Source: Macrostomum lignano (lineage: Eukaryota). From it: a DNA stretch of 64,000 nucleotides. The notes beneath the pieces are model-generated. The model searched no databases. It saw nothing but the letters and a program-made list of their open reading frames with translations, and was not told the DNA's origin. Positions 39,568 to 52,878 of this stretch are shown here, in pieces. The stretch lies in NCBI GenBank assembly GCA_002269645.1, contig NIVC01001722.1:98072-162071 (forward strand). Reading direction: 5' to 3'. A program made the position numbers and the translations under genes. Numbering within the stretch: position 1 is the stretch's first letter; the number at the start of each line of letters is the position of its first letter.

Positions 39568-40185
39568 GCCGGTGTGAACAGACTGCTAGTGAAAGGTGAG
39601 CTGATTCGAATAACAGAGAGAGAGAGAGTTCACACAACTTGAACAAACAGCTGGTGGCGGCTCGCGTCTGTGTCCTATGCGTTGTTAGTTTGTAAGCCTA
39701 TTTTTTTTTAATTTCTGCTTTTCCCCTACGAAATTTGTCCTACGTTATATTCAGTCTAATTGTAGCGAGGCAGAAGAGACCCCAGTCTGTTGCTGAACAA
39801 TATCTGATAGATTAGGCTAGCATGAGGGCTTTGTATTCGATGAGTGTTTCAAATACACGCGATTGAGCTTGCAAGCCAACTAATCATATTAATAAGTGTT
39901 GGAATTAAAAACCTTTTGTGACGCTTGAAATGATCGCTAATGTGACTTTTCTCTTCTTATTGTTTGCTATTTATTTCGTTAAAACTCCTGTCGCACTACT
40001 CATTGAAAGTAGAATTAATCGTATTTTTTAAAGCGGCTATAGAAAACGAAAAAGTAGTTTATTTGTGTAGTGAAAAAATGCGCTTGTTCTACTTTTCTAA
40101 GTAGCAAAATCATTTAAGTGCAACTTTTATTACTGAAATTTGTAAAAAAACACTAAAATAAAGCGCCTTTATTAGGAACGTGGAA

Positions 40186-40300
40186 CCTGCACAGAGTGTA
40201 CATGCCTGACGATTAGAAAGTCTGGGCTGCTGTACACCCTGTGTGAGCGTGCGTATTGACTTGCCGTCAAAGCTTTCAGGCTCTCGCGCAATTATTACAT
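40186..40300 (+). mobile_element. 5'-truncated SINE family A copy
   Basis: Near-identical to the 29860-29925 core. Confidence 0.7.
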
Positions 40301-40654
40301 GAAATTGCGGCAAGCAAATGCGCAGAAACAGGGGATCGAATCAATCAAGCGTGTCTTGATCTGATTAGCCAGAGCAATTCGCATTGCCTGGCTTGCATTG
40401 ATTGAGTGCCAGTGCGAAATTGCCAGAAACACCCTGCAGCTTTCAGCCCCGCGCGAATTTGCTTATGTATCTTATCTGATATCTGCAGTAGAGCATTGCA
40501 GTTTACTGCCGATTTTAGAAAACAATCGTAGCGTGTTAACAGACCGGTGGGCGTGTCCGCTACAGAAGGAAGCGTGCTAAAATATTGGTTTTAACTTAAT
40601 TTCGGGTATTGAAAGTAAAATTTCGCTCAAAAATTACTTCTATAGTGCCAGAAT

Positions 40655-43600
40655 CTATACATAGTGCTCTGTTGAATCTGTCAGTACAGTCGCTGCGCGT
40701 AATTCAGCTTGCTGCTGCTGCTGCTGTACAGATGTACGCGGCTTTGGCAACGGTTTCGGTGACGTCACACCGAGCAGCTCGGAAGCTGATAGGCGTAGAA
40801 TTATTGTCGGCGGCCCGTGAAGCTTCCGGGGCGGAAGCGGAGGGCGGAATGTTGGCTGCGGTGGTTGGGGCTGCTGCTGGTTAGGAAGAGTTTGCAGCCT
40901 GTGTGATTTTTGGGGGGAGGGTCGCATGATTAACTTACATGCATGCATGTGCGCGATGTAATGACACTGGTCCCTGTATGTAAATGTGCAGGTGCTGGAT
41001 CTCCAACTGGCACTGATCTATCTCTGAAACTGGCACTGATCTATCTCTGAAACTGGCACTGATCTATCTCTGAAACTGGCACTGATCTATCTCCAAATGG
41101 CACTGATCTATCTCCAAATGGCACTGATCCATCTCCAAATGGCACTGATCCATCTCCAAATGGCACTGATCTATCTCTCACTGGCACTGATCTATCTTTA
41201 ACTGGCACTGATCTATCTCTAACTGGCACTGATCTATCTCTGAAACTGGCACTGATCTATCTTTAACTGGCACTGATCTATCTCTGAAACTGGCACTGGT
41301 CTATCTCTGAAACTGGCACTGATCTATCTCTAACTGGCACTGATCTCTCTAACTGGCACTGATCTATCTCTAACTGGCACTGATCTCTCTAACTGGCACT
41401 GATCTCTCTAACTGGCACTGATCTATCTCTAACTGGCACTGATCTCTCTAACTGGCACTGATCTATCTCTTACTGGCACTGATATATCCCAACTGGCACT
41501 GATCTATCTCTGAAACTGGCACTGATCTATCTTTAACTGGCACTGATCTATCTTTAACTGGCACTGATCTATCTTTAACTGGCACTGATCTATCTTTAAC
41601 TGGCACTGATCTATCTCTGAAACTGGCACTGATCTATCTTTAACTGGCACTGATCTATCTTTAACTGGCACTGATCTATCTCTGAAACTGGCACTGGTCT
41701 ATCTCTGAAACTGGCACTGATCTATCTCTAACTGGCACTGATCTATCTCTGAAACTGGCACTGATCTATCTCTGAAACTGGCACTGATCTATCTCTGAAA
41801 CTGGCACTGATCTATCTCTGAAACTGGCACTGATCTATCTCTGAAACTGGCACTGATCTATCTCTAACTGGCACTGATCTCTCTAACTGGCACTGATCTA
41901 TCTCTAACTGGCACTGATCTATCTCTAACTGGCACTGATCTCTCTAACTGGCACTGATCTATCTCTTACTGGCACTGATATATCCCAACTGGCACTGATC
42001 TATCTCTGAAACTGGCACTGATCTATCTTTAACTGGCACTGATCTATCTTTAACTGGCACTGATCTATCTTTAACTGGCACTGATCTATCTTTAACTGGC
42101 ACTGATCTATCTCTGAAACTGGCACTGGTCTATCTCTGAAACTGGCACTGATCTATCTCTAACTGGCACTGATCTATCTCTGAAACTGGCACTGATCTAT
42201 CTCTGAAACTGGCACTGATCTATCTTTAACTGGCACTGATCTATCTCTGAAACTGGCACTGATCTATCTTTAACTGGCACTGATCTATCTTTAACTGGCA
42301 CTGATCTATCTCTGAAACTGGCACTGGTCTATCTCTGAAACTGGCACTGATCTATCTCTAACTGGCACTGATCTATCTCTGAAACTGGCACTGATCTATC
42401 TCTGAAACTGGCACTGATCTATCTCTGAAACTGGCACTGATCTATCTCTGAAACTGGCACTGATCTATCTCTGAAACTGGCACTGATGTATCTCCACATC
42501 CGTGACGCACCGCCCGCAACTCGACTGCTGATCGTCCTCATCCAGCGACTCCACCGACGCTTGCCTACTCGCGCCAACTTTAGTGGACATTGTGGAGTTG
42601 GTGGCGGCGCCGCGGTCAGCAGCCGAGGAGGCCGACGTCGCCGTTGCAGCCGAGCTGCTGCTGACGAGCCGCAGCAGCGCCGGAGCCGGCTGGCTGCAGC
42701 AGCTGACGCCGCTACCGCAGGCCCTGCGAGCCGCAGCTGCCACGAAAAAGGCGACGCCGCCGACCAGCAGGACGGCGACTGCGGCGCCGAGCCCGCCACC
42801 GACTGCCGTCGCCGAGGCGGGGATGGCGTTCGCAGAGGTTGCAGACTCTGGGCGCACCGGGGACGTCTCGTACACTTGGACATCGCCGTCCATGACCACG
42901 ATGGAGACGGAAAGGCTGCTGATTGCAGCTGCGGCAGCTTCCGGCAGCAGAATACTGGCTCTTCCGGAGACAATCTGAAGCAAAATGGCTGCGAATGAAG
43001 TACCTGGTTGTCCTCGAGGCAGTGCCGAACGAGATAGCACTGTAGATAACAGTGAGGTCTATAGATAGCTCTGTAGATAACAGTGAGGTCTGTAGATAGC
43101 ACAGTAGATAACAGGAGGTCTATAGATAGCTCTGTAGATAACAGTGAGGTCTGTAGATAGCACAGTAGATAACAGAGAGGTCTGTAGATAGCTCTGTAGA
43201 TAACAGTGAGGTCTGTAGATAACAGTGAGGTCTGTAGATAACAGTGAGGTCTGTAGATAGCACTGTAGATAACAGTGAGGTCTGTAGATAGCACTGTAGA
43301 TAACAGTGAGGTCTGTAGATAGCTCTGTAGATAGCAGTGAGGTCTGTAGATAGCTCTGTAGATAACAGTGAGGTCTGTAGATAGCTCTGTAGATAACAGT
43401 GAGGTCTGTAGATAGCTCTGTAGATAACAGTGAGGTCTGTAGATGACAGTGAGGTCTGTAGATAACAGTGAGGTCTGTAGATGACAGTGAGGTCTGTAGA
43501 TAACAGTGAGGTCTGTAGATGACAGTGAGGTCTGTAGATGACAGTGAGGTCTGTAGATGACAGTGAGGTCTGTAGATGACAGTATCCTATAGACAGGCAC

Positions 43601-46600
43601 CTCAGAGTTTAGCAGCTGCCGCAGGAAGCACGAGGATGCACCGCTGCCGCCGCCGCAGACGCGCGCCTCCAATCGGGTGAAGGCGTCCGAGGCGGGCGGC
43701 CGGAATTCCAGCCTCAGGGCGTCTGCGGCGGATCCGGCGGTCAGCGCCGCAGCCGCGACCGCCACCGACCAGTCCGGGACGGCGGGCAGCCGGCGGGTCA
43801 CCAGCGGTTCGGCGGCCGACGCGAACTCGCTGGTCCCGAGCTCGTTCTCCGCTCGCATCCGCAGCTCGTAGGCGGTGTCAGACAGGAGGCCAGACAGGCG
43901 AGTCCAGCCGAGCCGGCCGGATTCGTGTCCGGGATCGGGCAGGCCGGTCACCTCCGTCCAGTTGGCCGAGTTCAGCGGGCGCCACTGCAGCCGGAAGATC
44001 TGGGCGGCGCCCCGGCAGCGGCCGGGCAGCCAGGCGACCCAGCCGGACACGGCGGTGGCGTTGCCCGGCCACGGACCTCCAGCCGGCGCTTCTGGCGGCC
44101 CCGGCGGCGCCAGAGTCAGCGGCGCAAACACAGCAGCGCCGGCAACGTTGGACACCGTGGCGGAGTAGTCGGCGTAGTCGTTGGGCGTCAGGGAGGAGAA
44201 CAGCAGCGAGTAGGTGAGGTTCCGCGGCCTGTCGAGCACCGTCAGGCGGTTGCGGTCGATAGGCGCGCAGCTGCCGCCGCCGGAGCGCGCAAGGCGGCAC
44301 CAGACGGCGCCAGTCGGAGCCGGACTGGCTGCGGCCAACGTCAGCACCAGAGCGGCCGGCTGCCCGACCGCCGTCCAAGAGGTCGTTCGACTGGCTGACT
44401 CGAGCAGCCGCGGCGGCGACAGCGGCGTCAGTGGCACCGCGTCGGAGGCTTCCCCGAAACGGCGGCCGCTGCCCCGGCTGGCGGCCCGGCATCGATAGCG
44501 ACCGGCCGTCGTCGACGTCAGCGAGTGCACCGTCAGGATGGTGCCGGTGGCGACCATCGACCAGTTCGACCCAGCGCCGCCGGCTCGCTGCCATTCGAAT
44601 TCGACTTCGTCGTCTTCGGCGGCGCTGGCGGCGTTGGGGTTCCCGCCGAAGGCCCGGCAGGCAAGCAGCACGCGAGCTCCTGGCGGGCAGCAGCCGCCGA
44701 TGCCGCCGCCACCGACGCCGCCGCCTGCGGACCACTCGGCGACCGATGCGGCGGCGGATGGCGGGTACAGCACGGCGAGAGTCCGGCTTCGCTGCAGGGC
44801 CGGCAGCGGCCGTCCGGAATGGCCGATCGAGCACGTGACGTTGGCCGAGTTCAGCGACCGGCCAAGGCTATCAAGGCGGAGGCGGCTGGCCGAGCTGAGG
44901 CCGCCGAACAGACCCGGCTCCGTCCAGCTGGTGGCCGCCGACAGGCCGGAAGCTGCATCGGGGAGAGTCCAGCTGATGGAGGCGGCCGGGTTGGCCGAGT
45001 CTGCCCGGCACAGCAGCTCCAGCGACTCGCCCTCGAAAGCCGCGGCAGACGAGACCGTCAGGGAGCTGTCCGAGGGCGGGAACTGCACCTGAATGGGTTG
45101 GCAGGCGCCGGACTTGATCTACAGCTGATCTACAGCTGATCTACAGCTGATCTACAGCTGATCTGCAGCTGATCTACAGCTGATCTACAGCTGATCTACA
45201 GCTGATCTGCAGCTGATCTACAGCTGATCTGCAGCTGATCTGCAGCTGATCAACACCTGATTGACCCTCATCAACAGCACAGCGAATGCCTCACCCTGAG
45301 ACTGGCGATTCTCCTGTCAATCTCGGTGCCGAGGTACCTCAGGCTGCACCCCACCGTCCGGCCGTTTATCTCCTGCCTCAGCCGCAGCCGCAGGCGGGAC
45401 CAGGCCGCCCGGCCCACCTCCGACGGAGAGGCCACCACTGTCTGGCCGTCGGTCACCTCGGAAGCCGCTGAATCCCAGGTGGCGGGCGCGGGCAGCCAGT
45501 CGATGGCGCTGTCCGGGCTGCTGGGCGCCGATGCCGCGCAGAACACCTCGCCGACGGTGCCAGCCGGCCCGGCGACCGAGGCCGCCGACTCCGAGGAGTT
45601 CAGCGTCATGCGGAGGCCTCCGCCGGTTGGCGGGAAGGGAACCGTCAGCTGCTCCTTCTGGCTGAGCACCGCAGGCAGCGGCGGGCCGGGCGAGGGCGTG
45701 TCGGCCTGGCAGACGACCGCGGCCAGGTTGTCCGCGGGTGACAGCCGCAGCAACGCGCCCGGTCGCAGCTCCGAGACGTTGGCCTGCCGCGTGTTGAATT
45801 GATCTTAAATCCCCAATCCCGGAATTCAAATCGCAATATCCAGAATGCCGGATTTTAAATCCTTGAAACTCTGGAGCTCTAAATCCCAATCCCGAATCCC
45901 AATCCCGAATCCCAATCCCGAATCCCAGTCCCGAATCCCAGTTCCGAATCCCAGTTCCGAATCCCAGTTCCGAATCCCAGTTCCGAATCCCAGTTCCGAA
46001 TGCCAGTTCCGAATCCCAGTTCCGAATCCCAGTTCCAAATCCCAATCCCGAATCCCAATCCCAAATCCCAGTTCCGAATCCCAGTTCCGAATGCCAGTTC
46101 CGAATCCCAGTTCCGAATCCCAGTTCCAAATCCCAATCCCGAATCCCAATCCCAAATCCCAGTTCCGAATCCCAATCCCAAATCCCAGTTCCGAATCCCA
46201 ATCCCGAATCCCAATCCCAAATCCCAGTTCCGAATCCCAATCCCAAATCCCAATCCCGAATCCCAATCCCAAATCCCAGTTCCGAATCCCAATCCCAAAT
46301 CCCAGTTCCGAATCCCAATCGCGAAATCTCAAACAATCAGCATAAATCCTAAATCCTAGATACGGACGCAGTCATACGCGCAGGCACACTCACACAGGAG
46401 TTTACAGCGGCCCTGAATTTATTTATCGTTAGGCATGTACACTTCACTGTGCCTTGTGGTTTGGCCCTCAAGGGCGCTAATTGCACGAGCAGAGCCAAGC
46501 CGAGATTTCAGTTTAGCAGACTACGGCCCCCCAATATGAAGATCCGACCATCCCGGAACTGCGCTGTCGCACCTGTCCGAGTCTCCGAAGCAGCAGCCGC

Positions 46601-47454
46601 AGCGCGGGCTCCGGCCAGCCGCCCTCGGCCGCACAGTCCAGCGCCGCCGTCCCCGGCACCGACTGGTTGACGATTGCGCGAACCTCCGTCGGCGGATGGG
46701 CGACGTTCAGGACGGCCAGGCCGACGCCGACCCCACCGGCTGCGTTGGTCACCGAGCAGTGATAGTGGCCGGCGTCTGTCCGGCTCAGGTTGCTTAGCAA
46801 CAGCCGCGACTCTGTGCCGTCCACTGATTGGACGGCGGCGGCACCGGCCGGCAGCGGACGGCCGTCGGCGCGCGACCAGACGAAGCTCAGGCCGGCAGCC
46901 GCGGCACGGAAGGCTGCGCACCGGCCCACGGCCTGGCCGGTTTCCATGGCTACGGCCGGATCGAAGGCGGCCAGCCGGACGCCCGGGTCGGACAGGACCC
47001 TCAGGCTGGCCGGCGGCTGGCTGGAGTCGCCGGCGTGTCGGCAGCTCCAGTAGCCGTCGAAATCGGCGGCGGCGGCCTCCGTGATGGTGTACAGGAAGCT
47101 GCGGGGCCCGGCCTGCTGGCAGAACAGGCGCAGCAGAGCCGGCCGCTCCGGGCAGGTGTGCACCGAGTCGGAGCACACTCGGTGGCAGTTCTCGAAGCAG
47201 GCTGAGCCTGAGGCGGCGCTATCCTCTGCGGCGCTGTCACCGACAAACGGCGCCGGGCAGAAGAGCCGGACGGAGAAGCTGCTGGAGTTGACGCCTGGAG
47301 CCAATTCGCAGGCAAACTGCAGGCTGGCGCCCTGGCGAACGAAAGCGCTGGAGGCTGGGACGCTGGAGTTGATGAGGAATTGGCCCGTGATTGCCGGTGA
47401 AACCACGTGCGGCAGAGCGCACAAGAGCAGGATGAGGCGAAGAGGCGGCTGCAT
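40655..47454 (-). CDS. Nephrin/SYG-2/Sns-like type I Ig-superfamily receptor (signal, ~7 Ig, FN3, TM, tail); exons 47454-46573, 45783-45295, 45088-43601, 42974-42511, 40898-40655 (1188 aa)
   Basis: Signal MQPPLRLILLLCALPHVVSPA; Ig motifs DGYWSC, DAGHYHCSV, LLCRADSANPAASISW, TAGRYRC; FN3 WLPG..QIFRLQWR..LSGLLSDTAYELRMRAENELG; TM GGGLGAAVAVLLVGGVAFFVAAAA. All four GT-AG introns are phase-consistent (0,0,0,2). Confidence 0.85.
41005..42490. repeat. 21-23-bp minisatellite (actggcactgatctatctctgaa), Ig-gene intron 4
   Basis: Directly visible. Confidence 0.95.
43045..43585. repeat. 19-29-bp minisatellite (tagataacagtgaggtctg), Ig-gene intron 3
   Basis: Directly visible. Confidence 0.95.
45113..45252. 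repeat. 11-bp repeat (tgatctacagc), Ig-gene intron 2
   Basis: Directly visible. Confidence 0.95.
45860..46322. repeat. 13-bp repeat (gaatcccagttcc/gaatcccaatccc), Ig-gene intron 1
   Basis: Directly visible. Confidence 0.95.
46362..46532 (-). mobile_element. SINE family B copy with the B-box region deleted
   Basis: Highly similar to 63645-63880 (cactcacacagga..gttaggcatgtacacttcactg..gcacgagcagagccaag..ctacggcccc) but lacks ~80 bp including the B box. Confidence 0.75.
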
Positions 47455-47506
47455 GGGTGTGGCGGCTGAATAAAATTCTTTGAGAAATTTGCTTTACTGA
47501 GCGCTC

Positions 47507-47518
47507 CTTTTATATATA
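47507..47518 (-). promoter_or_regulatory. TATA box of the Ig-superfamily gene
   Basis: cTATATATAAAAg on the minus strand ~55 bp upstream of the ATG. Confidence 0.65.
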
Positions 47519-47654
47519 GGCGCCTGTCAGGGCAGACCCTTGATCCACTTACTACTGCTTTCGTTCAGTAGTAGTATATATAAATTGTATTCATATTTAG
47601 AGCTGTAGAGAGACAGCCATGAAAGAGCCTGTCTAACAACCGGTTCGCCTGCAC

Positions 47655-50600
47655 AACTGAATGACTTGCCCACTCACTGAATGACTTGCCCACTCACTGA
47701 ATGACTTGCCCACTCACTGAATGACTTGCCCACTCACTGAATGACTTGCCCACTCACTGAATGACTTGCCCACTCACTGAATGACTTGCCCACTCACTGA
47801 ATGACTTGCCCACTCACTGAATGACTTGCCCACTCACTGAATGACTTGCCCACTCACTGAATGACTTGCCCACTCACTGAATGACTTGCCCACTCACTGA
47901 ATGACTTGCCCACTCACTGAATGACTTGCCCACTCACTGAATGACTTGCCCACTCACTGAATGACTTGCCCACTCACTGAATGACTTGCCCACTCACTGA
48001 ATGACTTGCCCACTCACTGAATGACTTGCCCACTCACTGAATGACTTGCCCACTCACTGAATGACTTGCCCACTCACTGAATGACTTGCCCACTCACTAA
48101 ATGACTTGCCCACTCACTGAATGACTTGCCCACTCACTGAATGACTTGCCCACTCACTGAATGACTTGCCCACTCACTGAATGACTTGCCCACTCACTGA
48201 ATGACTTGCCCACTCACTGAATGACTTGCCCACTCACTGAATGACTTGCCCACTCACTGAATGACTTGACCACTCACTGAATGACTTGCCCACTCACTGA
48301 ATGACTTGCCCACTCACTGAATGACTTGCCCACTCACTGAATGACTTGCCCACTCACTGAATGACTTGCCCACTCACTGAATGACTTGCCCACTCACTGA
48401 ATGACTTGCCCACTCACTGAATGACTTGCCCACTCACTGAATGACTTGCCCACTCACTGAATGACTTGCCCACTCACTGAATGACTTGCCCACTCACTGA
48501 ATGACTTGCCCACTCACTGAATGACTTGCCCACTCACTGAATGACTTGCCCACTCACTGAATGACTTGCCCACTCACTGAATGACTTGCCCACTCACTGA
48601 ATGACTTGCCCACTCACTGAATGACTTGCCCACTCACTGAATGACTTGCCCACTCACTGAATGACTTGCCCACTCACTGAATGACTTGCCCACTCACTGA
48701 ATGACTTGCCCACTCACTGAATGACTTGCCCACTCACTGAATGACTTGCCCACTCACTGAATGACTTGCCCACTCACTGAATGACTTGCCCACTCACTGA
48801 ATGACTTGCCCACTCACTGAATGACTTGCCCACTCACTAAATGACTTGCCCACTCACTGAATGACTTGCCCACTCACTGAATGACCTGTCCACTCACTGA
48901 ATGACTTGCCCACTCACTGAATGACTTGCCCACTCACTGAATGACTTGCCCACTCACTGAATGACTTGCCCACTCACTGAATGACTTGCCCACTCACTGA
49001 ATGACTTGCCCACTCACTGAATGACTTGCCCACTCACTGAATGACTTGCCCACTCACTGAATGACTTGCCCACTCACTGAATAACCTGTCCACTCACTGA
49101 ATGACTTTCCCACTCACTGAATGACTTGCCCACTCACTGAATGACTTTCCCACTCACTGAATGACTTGCCCACTCACTGAATGACCTGTCCACTCACTGA
49201 ATGACCTGTCCACTGACCTGTCCACCATTGAATGACCTGTCCACTCACTGAATGACCTGTCCACTGACCTGTCCACCACTGAATGACCTGTCCACTCACT
49301 GAATGACCTGTCCACTCACTGAATGACCTGTCCACTGACCTGTCCACCACTGAATGACCTGTCCACTCACTGAATGACCTGTCCACTCACTGAATGACTT
49401 GCCCACTCACTGAATGACTTTCCCACTCACTGAATGACCTGTCCACTCACTGAATGACTTGCCCACTCACTGAATGACTTGCCCACTCACTGAATGACTT
49501 GCCCACTCACTGAATGACCTGTTCACTCACTGAATGACCTGTCCACTCACTGAATGACCTGTCCACTGACCTGTCCACCACTGAATGACCTGTCCACTCA
49601 CTGAATGACCTGTCCACTCACTGAATGACTTGCCCACTCACTGAATGACTTGCCCACTCACTGAATGACTTGCCCACTCACTGAATGACTTGCCCACTCA
49701 CTGAATGACTTGCCCACTCACTGAATGACTTGCCCACTCACTGAATGACTTGCCCACTCACTGAATGACTTGCCCACTCACTGAATGACTTGCCCACTCA
49801 CTGAATGACTTGCCCACTCACTGAATGACTTGCCCACTCACTGAATGACTTGCCCACTCACTGAATGACTTGCCCACTCACTGAATGACTTGCCCACTCA
49901 CTGAATGACTTGACCACTCACTAAATGACTTGACCACTCACTAAATGACTTGCCCACTCACTAAATGACTTGCCCACTCACTGAATGACTTGCCCACTCA
50001 CTGAATGACTTGCCCACTCACTGAATGACTTGCCCACTCACTGAATGACTTGCCCACTCACTGAATGACTTGCCCACTCACTGAATGACTTGCCCACTCA
50101 CTGAATGACTTGCCCACTCACTGAATGACTTGCCCACTCACTGAATGACTTGCCCACTCACTGAATGACTTTCCCACTCACTGAATGACTTGCCCACTCA
50201 CTGAATGACCTGTCCACTCACTGAATGACCTGTCCACTGACCTGTCCACCATTGAATGACCTGTCCACTCACTGAATGACCTGTCCACTGACCTGTCCAC
50301 CACTGAATGACCTGTCCACTCACTGAATGACCTGTCCACTCACTGAATGACCTGTCCACTGACCTGTCCACCACTGAATGACCTGTCCACTCACTGAATG
50401 ACCTGTCCACTCACTGAATGACTTGCCCACTCACTGAATGACTTTCCCACTCACTGAATGACCTGTCCACTCACTGAATGACTTGCCCACTCACTGAATG
50501 ACTTGCCCACTCACTGAATGACTTGCCCACTCACTGAATGACCTGTTCACTCACTGAATGACCTGTCCACTCACTGAATGACCTGTCCACTGACCTGTCC

Positions 50601-52878
50601 ACCACTGAATGACCTGTCCACTCACTGAATGACCTGTCCACTCACTGAATGACTTGCCCACTCACTGAATGACTTGCCCACTCACTGAATGACTTGCCCA
50701 CTCACTGAATGACTTGCCCACTCACTGAATGACTTGCCCACTCACTGAATGACTTGCCCACTCACTGAATGACTTGCCCACTCACTGAATGACTTGCCCA
50801 CTCACTGAATGACTTGCCCACTCACTGAATGACTTGCCCACTCACTGAATGACTTGTCCACTCACTGAATGACTTGCCCACTCACTGAATGACTTGCCCA
50901 CTCACTGAATGACTTGCCCACTCACTGAATGACTTGCCCACTCACTGAATGACTTGCCCACTCACTGAATGACTTGACCACTCACTAAATGACTTGACCA
51001 CTCACTAAATGACTTGCCCACTCACTAAATGACTTGCCCACTCACTGAATGACTTGCCCACTCACTGAATGACTTGCCCACTCACTGAATGACTTGCCCA
51101 CTCACTGAATGACTTGCCCACTCACTGAATGACTTGCCCACTCACTGAATGACTTGCCCACTCACTAAATGACTTGCCCACTCACTGAATGACTTGCCCA
51201 CTCACTGAATGACTTGCCCACTCACTGAATGACTTGCATACTCACTGAATGACTTGCCCACTCACTGAATGACTTGCCCACTCACTGAATGACTTGCCCA
51301 CTCACTGAATGACTTGCCCACTCACTGAATGACTTGACCACTCACTAAATGACTTGCCCACTCACTGAATGACTTGCCCACTCACTGAATGACTTGCCCA
51401 CTCACTGAATGACTTGCCCACTCACTGAATGACTTGCCCACTCACTGAATGACTTGCCCACTCACTGAATGACTTGCCCACTCACTGAATGACTTGCCCA
51501 CTCACTGAATGACCTGTCCACTCACTGAATGACTTGCCCACTCACTGAATGACTTGCCCACTCACTGAATGACTTGCCCACTCACTGAATGACTTGCCCA
51601 CTCACTGAATGACTTGCCCACTCACTGAATGACTTGCCCACTCACTGAATGACTTGCCCACTCACTAAATGACTTGCCCACTCACTGAATGACTTGCTTA
51701 CTCACTGAATAACCTGTCCACTCACTGAATGACTTGCCCACTCACTGAATGACTTGCCCACTCACTGAATGACTTGCCCACTCACTGAATGACTTGCCCA
51801 CTCACTGAATGACTTGCCCACTCACTGAATGACTTGCCCACTCACTGAATGACTTGCCCACTCACTGAATGACTTGCCCACTCACTGAATGACTTGCCCA
51901 CTCACTGAATGACTTGCATACTCACTGAATGACTTGCCCACTCACTGAATGACTTGCCCACTCACTGAATGACTTGCCCACTCACTGAATGACTTGACCA
52001 CTCACTAAATGACTTGCCCACTCACTGAATGACTTGCCCACTCACTGAATGACTTGCCCACTCACTGAATGACTTGCCCACTCACTGAATGACTTGCCCA
52101 CTCACTAAATGACTTGCCCACTCACTGAATGACTTGCCCACTCACTGAATAACCTGTCCACTCACTGAATGACTTTCCCACTCACTGAATGACTTGCCCA
52201 CTCACTGAATGACTTTCCCACTCACTGAATGACTTGCCCACTCACTGAATGACCTGTCCACTCACTGAATGACCTGTCCACTGACCTGTCCACCATTGAA
52301 TGACCTGTCCACTCACTGAATGACCTGTCCACTGACCTGTCCACCACTGAATGACCTGTCCACTCACTGAATGACCTGTCCACTCACTGAATGACCTGTC
52401 CACTGACCTGTCCACCACTGAATGACCTGTCCACTCACTGAATGACCTGTCCACTCACTGAATGACTTGCCCACTCACTGAATGACTTGCCCACTCACTG
52501 AATGACCTGTCCACTCACTGAATGACTTGCCCACTCACTGAATGACTTGCCCACTCACTGAATGACTTGCCCACTCACTGAATGACCTGTTCACTCACTG
52601 AATGACCTGTCCACTCACTGAATGACCTGTCCACTGACCTGTCCACCACTGAATGACCTGTCCACTCACTGAGTGACCTGTCCACTCACTGAATGACCTG
52701 TCCACTCACTGAATGACCTGTCCACTCACTGAATGACCTGTCCACTCACTGAATGACCTGTCCACTCACTGAATGACCTGTCCACTCACTGAATGACCTG
52801 TCCACTCACTGAATGACCTGTCCACTCACTGAATGACCTGTCCACTCACTGAATGACCTGTCCACTCACTGAATGAAT
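47655..52878. repeat. 5.2-kb satellite, 20-bp unit cactcactgaatgacttgcc (~260 copies) with ~1.02-kb higher-order structure
   Basis: Directly visible; identical variant blocks recur at 49174, 50198 and 52242. Confidence 0.97.

Noticed and set aside
42419-45088. 889-aa single ORF
   Set aside because: Read-through of exon 3 into a stop-free intronic repeat; the spliced five-exon model is phase-consistent and restores the TM domain.
43677-47473. Long plus-strand ORFs opposite the Ig gene, and similar ones opposite DM, RPL31, NACA and TRPM
   Set aside because: Antisense open frames are expected from very GC3-rich codon usage.
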